NCBI RefSeq assembly: GCF_006345805.1
Contig: NC_043019.1
Coordinates: 32,611,360-32,675,359, forward strand
Source of the DNA: Octopus sinensis
Lineage: Eukaryota
Direction: 5' to 3'
DNA length: 64,000 nucleotides
The notes under the pieces are model-generated. The model worked only from the letters and a program-made list of their open reading frames with translations. It was not told the origin of the DNA and ran no database searches. Of the stretch, positions 15,264 to 29,676 are shown in pieces; positions within the stretch are counted from its first letter, which is position 1; every line of letters starts with the position of its first letter. Made by a program: the position numbers and the translations under genes.

Positions 15264-15534
15264 TCTTCTTCTTATTATTATTATGATCACCATTATTGTA
15301 CATACTATCATTTGTGTGATAAGTGTACAACAACAGCAATGACGACAACCTCAACAGCAACAGTAGCAACAACAACAACAATAATAATAATAACAGTCAT
15401 GTAATAAAATTTAAAAAAAAGAAAAATAGGAAACAGAATGCATGTCAATAAAATAAACGAACAGAAATATTGAAAAATACAAAATGTCTCGACCACCCAC
15501 CAAGTTATTTCCAATTTCTTCTAACTACCTGTGG

Positions 15535-15974
15535 CGTGAGTGAGAGAAAGAGAAAGATAGGTAGACAGACAGGTATATAGATAGATAGATAAAGAGGGAG
15601 GGAGAGGGACAGAGGGAGAGAAAGAGAAGAGAGAGAGAGAGGGATAAATAGATAGACAGAGAGATAGAGAGCGAAATAGGTAGATAGATAGATAGCTTAA
15701 GAGAAAGAGAGAGAGAGAGACAAAGATAGACAGAGAGAGATAGAGAAAGGGATAAATAGATAGATAGATAGATAAAGAGGGAGAGAGAGGGAGAGAAGGA
15801 GAGAAAGAGAGAGAGGGATAAATAGATAGAGAGATAGAGAGAGAAATAGGTAGATAGATAGACAGAGAGAAAGTGAGAGAGAAATAGATAGAAAGAGACA
15901 ATGACAGAGAGAGAGAGAGAGAGAGAGAGAGACAAAGGCAGAGAGAGATAGAGAGAGGGATAAATAGATAGATG

Positions 15975-16024
<50 letters not shown>
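15535..16024. repeat. Compound (GA)n/(GATA)n purine tract; a complementary (CT)n-type tract lies at about 22345-22812
   Basis: Seen directly. Confidence 0.95.
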
Positions 16025-16025
<1 letters not shown>

Positions 16026-16352
16026 TGTACCCTGGTTTCACTATGACATATATTGAACTATATATAAGATAATATATGGTTATGCTTTAGTCTGTATCAT
16101 GTGTATGCATGCACATAGATGATTGATGATAGAGTGTACAATGGGGGGATATTAATGTATTTTCGTTTAATAAGGTGTTAAATTCCAATGAAGAGAAAGC
16201 AAAAAAGAAATTTTTTTTTTATCTTTCTCTTATGACCGCTGGAGGTTTGACTTTTGACGGATCTGACAAGTGTCATCTATGGGAGTCAAGTAGGACTTCA
16301 ATGCCGGTTCAGTCGGGTAGAAGACAGCAGAAAATAGTTGAAGACAGTAAAT

Positions 16353-16601
16353 CAGTGGTCCCTAATCTTTCTTGGACTGCCACCCACTTGGCACCCCGGG
16401 CCAAATTCTTAGCACTCTCCTCATCCCTTTCTGAAGTAAATTCAAAACATTTCTATTTTACAAATTGACCTTAATCTAATTAATCCATTATTTTGTTGAT
16501 TTTACATCCATTGCCCACTCCCTTTTGGCCACCTCTTACCACCATACTTTTTTTCAACACCTCTCCTTAGGGGCAGTACTGTCCACTTTGGGGAACCACT
16601 G
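16353..16601. mobile_element. hAT-type MITE
   Basis: TIRs CAGTGGTCCCTAA / TTGGGGAACCACTG; 8-bp TSD cagtaaat / cagtagat (7 of 8 identical). Confidence 0.7.
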
Positions 16602-17269
16602 CAGTAGATGATGTAGAATACAAAAAAGAAAACCAAGTACAGGAATATACTCTTTACTCTTGTTTCAGTCATTTGACTGTGGCTATGCTGGAGCACCGCC
16701 TTTTAGTCGAGCAAATCAACCCCAGGACTTATTTTTTGTAAGCCTAGTATTTATTCTATCGGTCTCTTTTGCCAAACTGCTACATTATGGGGACATAAAC
16801 ACACCAGCATCAGTTGTCAAGTGATGTTGGGGGGACAAACACAGACACACACACACACACATACATATACATATACATACATACATATATACGACGGGCT
16901 TCTTTCAGTTTCCGTCTACCAAATCCACTCACAAAGTTTTGGTCGGCCCGATGCTATAGTAGAAGACACTTGCCCAAGATTCCACACAGTGGGAGTGAAC
17001 CCAGAACCATGTGGTTGGTAAGCAACTACTTACCACACAGCCACTCCTGCGCCTATACATATATATATGTATATAACCATGTGTGTATGTCTTTGTATCT
17101 GTGTTCCCCCCACCACCATCACTTGACAGCCAATGTTGGTGAGTTTACATCCCCATAACCCAGCAGTTCAGCAAAAGAGACTGATAGAATAAGTACCAGG
17201 CTCAAAATAAAACGAAGTAGGTAAAGAAGTACCTATCTCTAACTGTGGCGGGGAACCTGTGGTAGAAGT

Positions 17270-17840
17270 CAACCTAAGAAAACATGGGATGAGGTATTGA
17301 AGCATGATCTTTGAACTTTAAGGCAATGGTAAGTGACTGAGACCTATGGTAATATGCCATACTTGAGAAGACCCAGTGAAGCCAATTGAAATCGTAGTTG
17401 TGACTGTTGCTGGTGTCACATACCTGGCATTCATGCCGGTGGCATGTAAAAAGCAGCTCCGCACATTGGGCCTCATGGAGGCGATGTGGCCAATTCCAGT
17501 GGCATGTAAAAAGCACCTTTCAAGCATTGGGCCTCATGTAGGCAATGACAAATTATGAAGACCTTTGACATAATGCCATACTTGAGAAGAAGACCCATCA
17601 AGTCAAATGAAATTGTAGTCATGGCAGATATTGGTTCCATGCCACTGGCACCAATGCTGGCGGCACGTAAAAGCACCCATTACACTCTCAGAGTGGTTGG
17701 CATTAGGAATGGGCATCCAGCCATAGAAACCATGCCAAATCAGACTGGAGTCTGGTGTAGTGCCTCAGCTTACCAGCCCTGGTTAAGACTTCCGACTCAT
17801 GCCATCATGGACAACGGATGTTAAATGATGATGACGATGA
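17270..17840 (+). mobile_element. Degraded RTE LINE 3' end with (GAT)n tail
   Basis: Begins with RPKKTWDEVLKHDL-like coding relic and shares the 3' UTR of the 47167-48414 element. Confidence 0.7.
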
Positions 17841-18435
17841 AATATCTTTAACTTTTACTTGTTTCACTCACTTAACTGCGGCCATGCTGGGGCAATGCCT
17901 TGAAAATTTAGTTGACCTTGGTACTTAGTTTACTGGAGTACTTGTTTTTTTAAAAGCCTGGTACTCACTGTATAGGTCTCTTTTGCCGAACCATTAAGTT
18001 ACAGGGATGTAAACATACCAGCACTGGTTCTCACTGGTTCGCATTACACACACACATGCACCCACACACATACACCACATATGTATGTATGTGTGTATGA
18101 GTGTGTACATGTAGTAGATGAGTGTGTGGGGAAGTACCTCTTTGTATTTATACATAAATTTTATACATATTTAACACAAATCAAATACACATCAGGAATG
18201 AATATTAAGCGTGGCATAAGTACACAGACAAAATACTGTTTGGAATAGAAATTTCGTCTTGGACAAAAGCTGATAGTTTTGTCTTTTTTAACACTATGTA
18301 AAATCTCATTAACATATGAATCTATTCACTACGATAATTCTGTTACTAATGTACATTTTCGGTATTGTTATACATTTTAAAATGTAAAATGTATGAGCAC
18401 TTAATACATATATGCATACATAAAATGCATATATA

Positions 18436-18481
<46 letters not shown>

Positions 18482-18589
18482 CCGTTAGTTGGTTACTGTA
18501 ACTGCTTCACATACACACACATCTAAGTATATACATAATATATATTCATTCCACACAGAATCATTTACAAATATATATATATATATATA

Positions 18590-18869
18590 TACGCATGTCA
18601 TATATATATCGATATATATGCATGCATGTATGTGTATACATATATATATGTATATATATATATATGTGTGTGTATATATATATATATATATATTATATTA
18701 TATATATATATATATATATACATATATATATTATATATATGTATGTATATATTATATGTATATAGATATGTATGTATATATATAATATATATATCATATA
18801 TATATATATCTATATATATAATATATATAATATATATATATGATGTATATATATATGTATATATATATG

Positions 18870-18920
<51 letters not shown>

Positions 18921-18929
18921 GTATGTATA

Positions 18930-18995
<66 letters not shown>

Positions 18996-19081
18996 ATATA
19001 CATATATATATATGTATATATTGTATATATATATATGTATATATATATATACATACATACATATATGTATGTATATATATC

Positions 19082-19110
<29 letters not shown>
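18590..19110. repeat. Long interrupted (TA)n tract; others about 855-1100, 1590-1870, 9890-10200, 51690-52310
   Basis: Seen directly; source of the poly-YI pseudo-ORFs. Confidence 0.97.
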
Positions 19111-19113
<3 letters not shown>

Positions 19114-20807
19114 GTACATATAGGTAGATAGCTACATTGACAGAAAGATCAATAGGTATATAATACATCTATATATAAGTACGTTTGTGCTTGAGAGAAT
19201 GTTTATGACTGTTTGTCTTGACATTGTACAATATTTGTCAACTAATGGGGTTATTTGTTTGCTCTCCCTTCTCTGTCTTTCTCTTCTCTCTCTCTCTAAC
19301 ACACACATGCATATATGCAAACACATACATATCATATATATGCGTATATGTTAAATATAAAATTTACATAACAACATCATTGTCATTGTTTTAACATTTG
19401 CTTTTCCATGCTTGTATGCTTCAGGCAAAAGCACGTTGGGGGTAATGTGGCCGGGCAGAAGTTGCACGAGTTTATAGGAAGAGTAAACAAGATTGAAGAG
19501 CGATTACTGGACAAGGGTGGAGGAGTGGTTGCTGATAAATATATGTTGTTGAGAAGAGTGGAAAGGTTAGGTGATGACTGGCAGTATTGAAAAGGTGAAG
19601 ACTAGTAGATTACTAGTAATATAGTAGTTAGGTGAAGGAGGAGAGAAAGGGAGACGGTAGTAGGTGGCGTATGACTAGGTTGCAAGTATGTGAAAAAGTA
19701 AGAGAGGTACAGTGATGTTGGGTGGATTAACAAATGTTTCAAGGGAGATAATGAAATACTTGGTAGCAAAGAAAGATGATCTGTGTAAAATATGAGCAGA
19801 GAGGGTGGATATATATGTAATGTGTATCAGTATGTATATGTGCAATATTTCCACATTAAATTCTAATACCTTTATAATCTATAACATCTGAAAAATATTT
19901 GTAGAAAATTTCATTGAAAAATACCAATTTTTACGTAAGTTATGAGGAAACAAAGTCAACTTGTATGAATGTGAATTATGTGAAACTTTTCTCATCACTT
20001 CCAAAAACATTATCACAACAATTTCATTTATAATCGTAATCTGTACCATCTAAAAGGTATTTTCAGAAAATTTCATTAAAATGATAGCCATTTTTATGAG
20101 TTACTTGCACAATGACCCAGCAATGCTGGGTCATAGTGCTTGTTGGTTTATCAATTTTTTTAATGGCTTTCTGGGGTGACTGGGGAAATGAAAAGATCTT
20201 CACGACCACCCTCAGACAGTTTTGAAAGCCCATAGAAAATGCAAGCCTTTTACGTGAAAAACTGTGGATTTGTATAAAGGACACACAGACACACAGACAT
20301 TTTGCCATTTATAGATATAGAGATGAAGAAATGAATTTGATTCATAAGTTATGAGGAAACAAATTCAACTCATTTGAAAGTTGTGAGGAAACAAAGTGAG
20401 GAAGCACGCTTGTGTGAGTATGCCATTTTAGGAATGATGGATGGATGGCAAAAGAAAAGTTTCAGGGTAATGGGTGAGTAAGTGGTAGCACAACAAAGGA
20501 TGATCATCTAATTTGTTGTCCTGCTCTCATTTAAGCAGCATCAGAATACTGTAGTATTTAGACAAGTGATGAAGGGATCGATGATAAAGAAATGAGAAGG
20601 TAGTGCAGATGGCATGACAAGGATGAACTGAGCAAGTGGCCCAGATTTTATAAACATTATACTGCTATAGCATCAGTTTTGTCATGACATGTGGGTCTTG
20701 ATCATACCGACCTTCTCACTTGTGTAACCTCTCGAAAGAGCTGTTCTTCTCGAAAGAGCGGAAAGTGTAACCTCTCGAAAGAGCTGTTCTTCACTCCTGC
20801 TCCAGAG

Positions 20808-21082
20808 TGTGGGCTGTGGGGTCACTCTGAAAAGCTCTATCTACAACGATTTCATCTCAATCAAAAGAGAGGGGCTTTCTCCGTCTGGGTTGCAGATCCG
20901 TGGAATAAGCTGCCGGACGAGATAGTGAAGATGCCGACGACCGCTCGGTTCAAAGTCTCTCTTGACCAGAAATGGCCTGAACTCTTTGTATGACCACCCT
21001 CCCTGTACATAACTCCCTGTCACCCTACATGGCCTTGCTTTTGCTTTTTGAGCCAATAAAAATTGAATTGAATTGAATTGAA
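20808..21082 (+). mobile_element. CR1-clade LINE 3' fragment with (ATTGA)n tail
   Basis: GHSEKLYLQRFHLNQKRGAFSVWVADPWNKLPDEIVKMPTTARFKVSLDQKW is the typical CR1 ORF2 C-terminus. It is followed by a short UTR and a pentanucleotide tail. Confidence 0.8.
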
Positions 21083-23344
21083 TACTTCTTTGTTATCTCT
21101 CCTGGATTACATTATGTAGCAATGAAACACTGACAGACTTTACAAAATCCTGTTCAGTTTGTGTTGAGAGTAGGTACACTTTGACACAGCTACCATATGA
21201 ATGAGTTGTAATGTTTGATTCCATGCAAGAATCACTGCTGCTGTTGTGGTTCCTATGGCTATCTTCAAAACTACTTGTTTGAGTGTTTGGAATGTTTTTT
21301 TTTTAATATTATTATTAATTGTCCACTAAACTGTTTATTCCTCACCCTTCATTTTATTTATTCTGGTGTATCCTTTGATTTCATGTTAGTTTTGCATTCG
21401 CTGTTGCATATACATATTTAGTAGCCATTTTGGATGTGAAAACACACTGTATGCAAATGAATAGAATTAGAAACGTTTGTAAAACAAATCATTTCTTTTT
21501 TATGTACCTCCTGGGTATTGAGGTCAAACTTTCTTTGGTATTTATAATCCTTTCTTTTTTTTCTTCATTTTTTTTTCTTTTTTTTTTGCAAGTAGTTTAA
21601 AGAAAATTTCTTTTTTGTAATGCTCGAACAGATAAAATGTGTGCCAAAGGAAAAAAAAGTGGATGAAGTCTCTCCACTACCAGAGTCAAATATAATGATG
21701 ATGAGGAGGATGACGGTGAGAATGAGGTGGATGAGGGTGGTGGTGTTGATGATGATGGTGGTGATGGCGTTGATGATGATTATGATAATGATTATGGTGA
21801 TGATGATTATGATAATGATTATGGTGATGACGATGTTAATGATGACGTTGATGACGATAATGACAATGATGACGATGATAATGGAGAAATTGATGGTGAT
21901 GATGACAGAAAAGGTAATGGTGCTACTGCTGCTGCTGATGATGATGACGATGATGAAGATGGTGATGATGACGATAACAATGAATTTTTTAATCGAACAG
22001 TCATTGTCAGTTCAATCTCTCCTCTTCCTTACCAACTTTCTCCACATATTTTTTTAAAGTAGATTTTCTTCTTAATTTTTCCTTTCTTGTTTTTCTTTTT
22101 ATATATTTTTGCAGTTCCTCAGTTCTTCATTTTTTCTTTCTATTCTGAATTTTTTCCTTCCACCTTTTTTTTTTTTACTTGATTTATATTTGTTGTTGTT
22201 GCTGTTGTTTGGTTTATTATTCTCTCTCCAATATAATATTGGCGACCACACTGCATAACGCCAGACCATTCCCAACCATGCTGCAGTGTGCTTGCTTTTT
22301 ACATTGTACACGATGGACCAAAACCCCTACACACTTTGCCCTGCTTCTCTCTCTCGCTCTCTTTCTCTATCTCTCTCTCTCTCTCTTTCTCATTCTGTTT
22401 CTCTCTCTATTTCTCACTCTACCTTTCTCGCTTTTTCTTTCTCTTTCTTTCTCTCTCACTGTTTCTTTTTCTCTCTCTTTCTTTTTTTCTTACTCTTTCT
22501 CCCTATGTCTCTCTCACTCTGTTTGTCTGTCTCCTTCTCTCTCCCTCTCCCTCTTTCTTTCTTTTTGTCTGTATCTCTCTCTTTCTCACTGTTTCTCTCT
22601 CTATTTCTCACTCTGTTTATCTTTCTCTCTCACTTTCCCTCTTTCTCTCTCTTTCTCTTTGTCTGTTTGTCTCTTTCTCCCTCTATTTATCTTTCTCTCT
22701 TTTTCTCTCTCTCTTTCTCTTTTCTTTCTCTCTTACTCTTTCTCCCTATGTCTCTCTCACTCTGTCTGTCTATCTGTCTCCTTCTCTCTTTCTCTCTCTC
22801 TCTCTCTCTTCTTTCGTTGCTGAACCAGGAGAAAAAAAAGGAAGAAGTAGCCAGACATACAAAGATAAAGAGAAAAGAACTCCAAAGAGAGAGTGAACGA
22901 TATACAGAGAGAGAAAGATAGAGAGAGAGAAGATAGTGATGGAGAGGAAGGAACTCTATCAGAGAATTAAAAAACATATAAAGAAATCCCTAACAAAAAA
23001 AAACAGTAAAACCAACTAATACAAAAACAAAAATAAAAAATAAAAATAAAACCCATTTTATATTCAGTTATGTTTTTAGAATGAAATATAATCTTATTCC
23101 CAGTTGAATATAAATAAATAAACAAGCAGGTCAGTAAAGAAAAAAAAAGAAAAAGGAAAAAATCAAAACCCCAAAGCAATAATAATAATAATAATGATGA
23201 CAAAAACAACAACAACAACAGCAATGGTGTTTTTTTTTTTATTTTGCCACACGGGCAACTGTATGGAGGGGTTTATTAGAAGGACAAGTTAGAAAACAAT
23301 TGGGCAGTTTGGGTCAAGAGTGCAAAAATAGGCATACAATTATA

Positions 23345-24012
23345 ATGATCATGATGATGATGATGATGATGAGGAGGAGGATGGGGGATGACGATGATGA
23401 TGATGAAGAAAATGATAATGGTGATGAGGGTGATGATTATGATGACGACATTGATGATGATGAGGATGACGATGAGTGATAATGACAACGATGACGACGA
23501 CGATGATGGTAGTGATGATGATGTTGAAAACAATGATAATGATGGTGATGATGATGATGATGAAGACAACGATGATGATGATGATGATGACAACAACAAT
23601 GATGATGGCGACGATGATGATGATGACAACGACGACGATGATGGTGGTGATGATGATGACAACAATGATGATGATGATGAGGAGGAGGAAGATGGAGTTG
23701 ACGATGATGATGAAGAAAATGATAATGATGATGAGGGCAATGATGATGATGACACTAATGATAATGAGAATCATAATGATGATAATGATGACGATGATGA
23801 TGGTGATGATGATTATGAAAACAATGATAATGATGATGAGGATGATGATGACAACAATGATGATGATGACGACGACTATGACGATGGTGATGATGATGAC
23901 AACAACAATGATGACGATGACAACGATGATGATAGTGATGATGAGGATAATAATGAAGACAATGCTAATGATGACAAAGATGATGACAATGATGAGGATG
24001 ATGATGATAATG
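23345..24012. repeat. Compound (GAT/GAC/AAC)n trinucleotide tract; similar tracts about 21690-21980, 31275-31560, 33880-34400, 40385-40955, 44665-44888
   Basis: Seen directly; source of the poly-D/M/S/H/I/P pseudo-ORFs. Confidence 0.95.
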
Positions 24013-24182
24013 ATCCGTTCTACTTTAGGCAGAAAGCATAAAATTTCAGAGGAGGGGGTACTTGTCATTTGCATTGATCCTGAAAGGATGAAAGGCAAAG
24101 TCAACCTCAGCAGAATAATAATGATGATGATGATAGTAATAATAATAATAGTAATAAAAATAATAATAATAATAACAATAAT

Positions 24183-24760
24183 AACAAGAGCACTCAGAGA
24201 GCACTAACCTCTGCCAAGGCAACACCAACGTCCTCTTTAAAATGAAATATCTGAAATAAACTCGACTGCTTTCACAAATGAGAATACTAAAAATGAATCT
24301 GACCACTCTCAAAAATGAAGTAAAAAAAAACAGGAAAAATAATCCAGAATCCTTGTCCGGTACCTGGTCGATCCCAATGGTAATCATGAAATGTGAAGGC
24401 AGCTTCAGAAAATTTACTAACAGTAATAAATAGTTTATCCTTATCTAATACAAGCCAAAGTTAACAAATTCACAATTCAAAATAGTTACAGCCTAAAGGG
24501 AGATAATTGGGAAAGACTTGAGAGTTAACATAAGATCGTAATCATGTAAAGTAAAGTAAATATAACAAATAATCCAAAATACTAGTCCGGTACTGGATTG
24601 ATCCCAAAATCTAATGAGTTTGTACCAGTCATAATGCCAAACATCCCTGAAAGTTTCATGTGAATCCATCCAGCGGTTCTTGAGATATCTTGTCAGACAA
24701 ACAAACAAACCAAAAAACACAACTGACAACAATACCTCTGCCTTCGCTAAGGCAGAGTAA
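24183..24760 (+). mobile_element. Helentron-associated non-autonomous element (HINE/DINE-like)
   Basis: 5' aacaagagc; subterminal cctctgcc at 24208; (aaac)n near the 3' end; perfect 9-bp hairpin ctctgcctt-cgct-aaggcagag at 24736-24757. Confidence 0.6.
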
Positions 24761-25029
24761 TGATGATAAATACCTTGATGCAGTACCAGACAGTGGCTCT
24801 CATGGCTTCTGATCTTAAGTGATTGGCAGTGTTTTGTCTTGGTATAAAAGATGGGCTACAGCAAATATTCTGCTCAATACCACAGATTTGCTTGTCAGTT
24901 GTTTGACCTTAACCACTTGAGCATATCCCTTAGTGGCTGATGATATGTGCATCTCTGATCATGAGCAGAAGTAGTAAGGGAGCATCAAGATTAAACTCAA
25001 ACATAATCAAGTCTTCAACAATTTTCACT

Positions 25030-25983
25030 ACTGAAATCAGATATCTCCACTCAAAAATTTCCTTACTCTTAACTGTGGAAAGCAGTTCCATACACCAATC
25101 TGTCTTTTGTTGAGGAATATCATGTTTGGAACTACTTTGTGTTGAGATATGATAAGTTTATTGAGGTAACATGACTTGCAGAAAATTCCAATTCTATTTC
25201 TTAGGTAGATATTTAACATCATTACTGGAATGACCCTGAAATTTAATTTTACAGTGAAAGGGTTAAGGAACCTCATCAATCCTGTGGCCAAAGTCATTCC
25301 AGCCATGGCTGTCCTACTTTTTTCTTCAGACACTCTAAATTCAGGACCACATTATCTAATGTTCCCTACTTTTATTTTAACCCTTTTGCTGCAGAAATCA
25401 GATATATCCACTCAAAATTTCATTACCCTTAACAGTGGAAAGCAGTTCCATACACCAATCTATCTTTTGTTGAGGAAGGTCATGTTTGAAACTATTTTCT
25501 CTTAAGACATGGCAAATTTATTGGTGCAATGTGACTTGCAGAAAATACCAATCCTGATTTTAAAAAAATGATATTAACATCATTATTGGCATAAACATGT
25601 AATTTAATTTCACAGTGAAAGGGTTAAAGGACCTTGTCAAACCTGTGATCAAAGACACTTCAACCATGACTGTCCTACTTTTTTTACTAGTTACACTAAA
25701 TTCAAGACCACATGATCCAATGTCTCCTATTTTTACTTTAACCCTTTTACTGCAGAAATCAGATATATCCTATCAAAATTTCATTACCCTTAACTGCAGA
25801 AAGCAGTTTTATTCACCAATCTATCTTTTGTTGAGGAATGTCATGTTTGAAACTAAATTTTGTTGAGACATATCAAGTTAACTGAGGCAACACAACTTGC
25901 AGAAAACATCAATCATAACTTTTGGTAGTTATTTAACGTCATTACTGGAATAAACCATGAAATATAATTTTGAATCTAAAGGG
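25030..25983. repeat. Diverged tandem triplication (about 361-bp unit) of a piggyBac-type MITE plus spacer
   Basis: AAAGGG|TTAA ends at 25262, 25623 and 25983; TTAA|CCCTTTT starts at 25381 and 25742; spacers are homologous. Confidence 0.75.
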
Positions 25984-27151
25984 TTAATAATACAACACAT
26001 CTACACACAAACCATGCATATATATTCATTCATCTGAATAATAAGTCTTCTATAACTGCATAGGTTAAACAGGAAGTTAGTTAAAGTAGGTTTTTATGGG
26101 TATATTCTCTTCCTCCCACCAGTTCTTTCCTAGTTTTTTTCCTAGCTTCAAGTAAGTGATAGTTTTATTTACAGAGCTTTTCCAAAGAGTAGAAGGACAT
26201 CGTTATTTTGCTTAATAACTGATGTCTCTTTGATAGCTTAAACAACACTTTAATTTGAATTAATCAATGAAGGCTTTTATTCCGAGAAGCTATTTTATAT
26301 TTCCTCTCTATTCTCTATTCTCTCTTCTCTCTTTCTCTGAATATCTGATGAAGTTGATGAATCCCACATGCATGAAACTTTAAGTAATGTGCAATAAATC
26401 AAGTGTGATAAAATGTATGTATGTATGCAGGGCGGCGAGCTGGCAGAATCGTTAGCACGCCGGGCAAAATGCTTAGCAGTATTTCGTCTGTCGCTATGTT
26501 CTGAGTTCAAATTTTGCCGAGGTCAACTTTGCCTTTCATCCTTTTGGGGTCAATTAAATAAGTACCAGTTATGCACTGGGGTCGATTTAATCGACTTAAT
26601 ACATTTGTCTGTCCTTGTTCGTCCCCTCAGTGTTTAGCCCCTTGTGGGTAGTAAAGAAATAGGTGTGTATGTATGCAAACACAGACACATACACAAACAC
26701 ATATATGACAGGCTTCTTTCAGTTTCTGTCTACCAAATCCACTTAAAAAGCTTTGGTCAGTCTGAGGCCATAGTAGAAGACACTTGCCCAAGGTGCCACA
26801 CAGTGCCATTAATCAAATCAAGATATCCTTGGCCTGAAGAGTAGCTGGCGGTATATACCTAGCTTGGATTTTACCACTTCTGAGGTTCCACTTGCTATGA
26901 AACATATGTAGCCCGGATTTTCCCTACTCCATTCTGTAATTCTTGTATTCTTTCACACACTCTCAGCAACCCTGGTCACCTACTGTTGAATATAAAAAGA
27001 ACATTTTTCTGCTCATTTTTCTCTGATAAAGAAAAATAATCCACAACCTGCCGTCTCAATAAACCTCTATTGTACCTGAAATTGTTCTTTTATATTTAGG
27101 ACGGATTGCTTGAAGCTAACTTTCTTCCTACACTTTGATCCCTGGATCACT

Positions 27152-27204
<53 letters not shown>

Positions 27205-27280
27205 TTATATACATATACATATAGGCTCACACACACATATGGGAAACAGATGCTAAATGATGATAATGATTGTGTGTGTG

Positions 27281-27316
<36 letters not shown>

Positions 27317-28096
27317 AAAGTAGATAAAACAACAAAATTAGAAAACAATATTATTTCAAGCAAATGAATAAATGAATGAACGGGAGGGAGGGAAAGAGAG
27401 CGAGACAGAGAGAGAGAGAGAGGGAGACAGAGAGACGGAGACAGAGAGAGAGAGAAGAGAGAGACAAGACAAATGAAAGAAAACTCTAGCAAAATTAATG
27501 AAAAATATACGAAAATGAATAAAACTGAACCAAAAATAAACAAAGCAAAATATATATATATAAACAAAACAATGGAGAAGAAAATAAGAGAAGAAGAGAA
27601 GGAAAAAGCCACTGCTTCTCTCTCATCTCATCCATAAAACATGACCCATAACTAAGTCTAAATATACCAAGCCCCAGGACCAGGCAATGTTATAAATAAT
27701 TCATTTGTGGACAGAATAATGATGATGTTGGTGTTTACAAGTTTTTTCTCTGGCTCTCTCTGTATCTTTTTAGTATATTTGATTTTGAAACAGTTATCTT
27801 CATTCTGTATTTATGTTTGTGGTTGTGAGTGTGAGCGTTTGTGCCTCTGTGTGTGTGTGGTGTACGTGTGTGTGTGTGTGTATGCGTTTGTGTGTGCATG
27901 TGTGTGAGTGTGTATGTGTGTATGTTGAGTGTCTGTTTCTGGTGAATGTCTTTGTGTGTATGTGCGTACATGTATGTAGATGTGTGTGTGTGAGTGTGAG
28001 TGAGTGTATGTGTGCTTGAGTATGTCTATGTGCATATGCTTTTGTGAATGTGTGTGTGTGCATATATATCTATATCCATTTGTCACACTCTCTTTC

Positions 28097-28144
<48 letters not shown>

Positions 28145-28279
28145 CATACACACACATAGTGTATATACACACACATATATATATATAGCATATATATATA
28201 TATATTCGTATATATTCAGTGTATGTGTATATATATAAACATACATATATATATGTATATATGTATACACACACACATA

Positions 28280-28311
<32 letters not shown>

Positions 28312-29110
28312 CACATACAGTTTATATGTGTGTGTGAGAAAGAGAAACAGAGAGAGAGAGAGAGAAAGAGCCTGACTGTTTCTGTGCTTAGAGAAACTAT
28401 CAGCTTTGGGAGATAATTGCCAGAAAAAGGACAGAAAAGAGAAACAAAAAGTAAAACAAAAAAAAAAGCAACAACAAAAGACACGGAATATTCCCCTGCC
28501 CCTCAGACATCTTCCAGCCTGCCTTGTCTTACCCTTCTCTATGTTTAAAAGTCAGAGGTTTAAGTTAGGAGGCAGGGCTGTGTCCTTGTGTACAAAGTAA
28601 AGTTGAAGGCGGATGAATGAATGAAAAAAGGGACGAGAATAATAAGTTCCGGACTTTTTAAAAAGTATCTTAATACATGCACATATGCATATAAATGTGC
28701 ATTTACATATGCTGTAAATATGGAGACACATACATACAAGTGTTGTATCTTATAGATCTTGCCCTTCAAGCATAGCTGCCTGTACGATGTTAGAATACAA
28801 AAAAAATAAATAATAATAATAAATCTGTGAATGAAATGAATATAGTAATATTGAGTAATCCATTTGTTGCGCTTTTTTGAAATTTTATATCACGATGAAA
28901 TTCTTTTCAGTTTTTGATACTCTTAGAGTTGAGGATTACCAAATACCAGAGAACTTCCTTGATTATTAACCTGTTGATTTGTTTTACAGCATAGCCATTA
29001 ATGTGATGTGCTTCACTTCAATATACCCTGATCTTGATCCTCCTTAATCAGCCTATCTATCTGCCTGCCCATCATATATACATACATACATACATATATA
29101 TATATATATC

Positions 29111-29676
29111 TTGGGTTGTCCCGAAAGTTTGTGCAGATTTATAGCAGCTTACCTTTCAACTTATTTTAGAACATGGTTGAGTCCATAAAATAGGATTTGA
29201 CCACACGTCCATTTAGACCACAGTTTAAGCTATCTTTTTGTGGAAGAAGGTTTATGTTCCTATAACCTGTGTTAATTCTGTAACCCTTTAAAATGGAAGA
29301 TAAGAAAGTTCATTTTTGGCACTTGATGCTTTGGGAACCAGATAAAAATTGCTGCAGCTCGGCTGGGATGTGTTACCCCACCCTCCATATTCACCAGATA
29401 TTGCTCCTTTGGATTTCCACTTATTCAGGTCTCTGCAGAATAGTCTTAATGGTAAAAATTTCAATTCCTTGGATGACGTAAAAAGGTACCTTGATGAATT
29501 CTTTGCTTTGAAACCACCTCAATTTTGGGAAGAGGGTATTTTCAAGTTAAAGGTAAGATGGAGACGCATTGTGCAATAAAATGGTTCATATTTGGTTGAT
29601 TAAAAATGTAATGGCAAGTATTTATTGACCTTTTTCTTTCCTTTAAAAATTGGCATGAACTTTCTGGACAACCCAA
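29111..29676 (+). mobile_element. Internally deleted mariner with both TIRs
   Basis: TIRs ttgggttgtcccgaaagtt / aactttctggacaacccaa, with TA on the right flank. Coding relic LGWDVLPHPPYSPDIAPLDFHLFRSLQNSL (ORF 29349..29579). Confidence 0.9.

Noticed and set aside
18598-19168. YI-repeat ORFs here and at many other TA tracts
   Set aside because: (TA)n lacks stops in these frames; not coding.
23349-24207. Long ORFs on both strands (poly-D, poly-M, poly-I, poly-S), likewise 21620-22062, 33843-34589, 40236-40996, 44650-45004
   Set aside because: They are translations of (GAT/CAT/CAC)n tracts open in several frames, with no splice or homology support.
25037-25866. Three similar 83-98 aa ORFs suggesting a small gene family
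   Set aside because: They are read-throughs of the triplicated MITE and spacer unit.
26173-26213. Possible terminal exon (LFQRVEGHRYFA*) after tttatttacag
   Set aside because: No upstream partner exons or homology could be identified.
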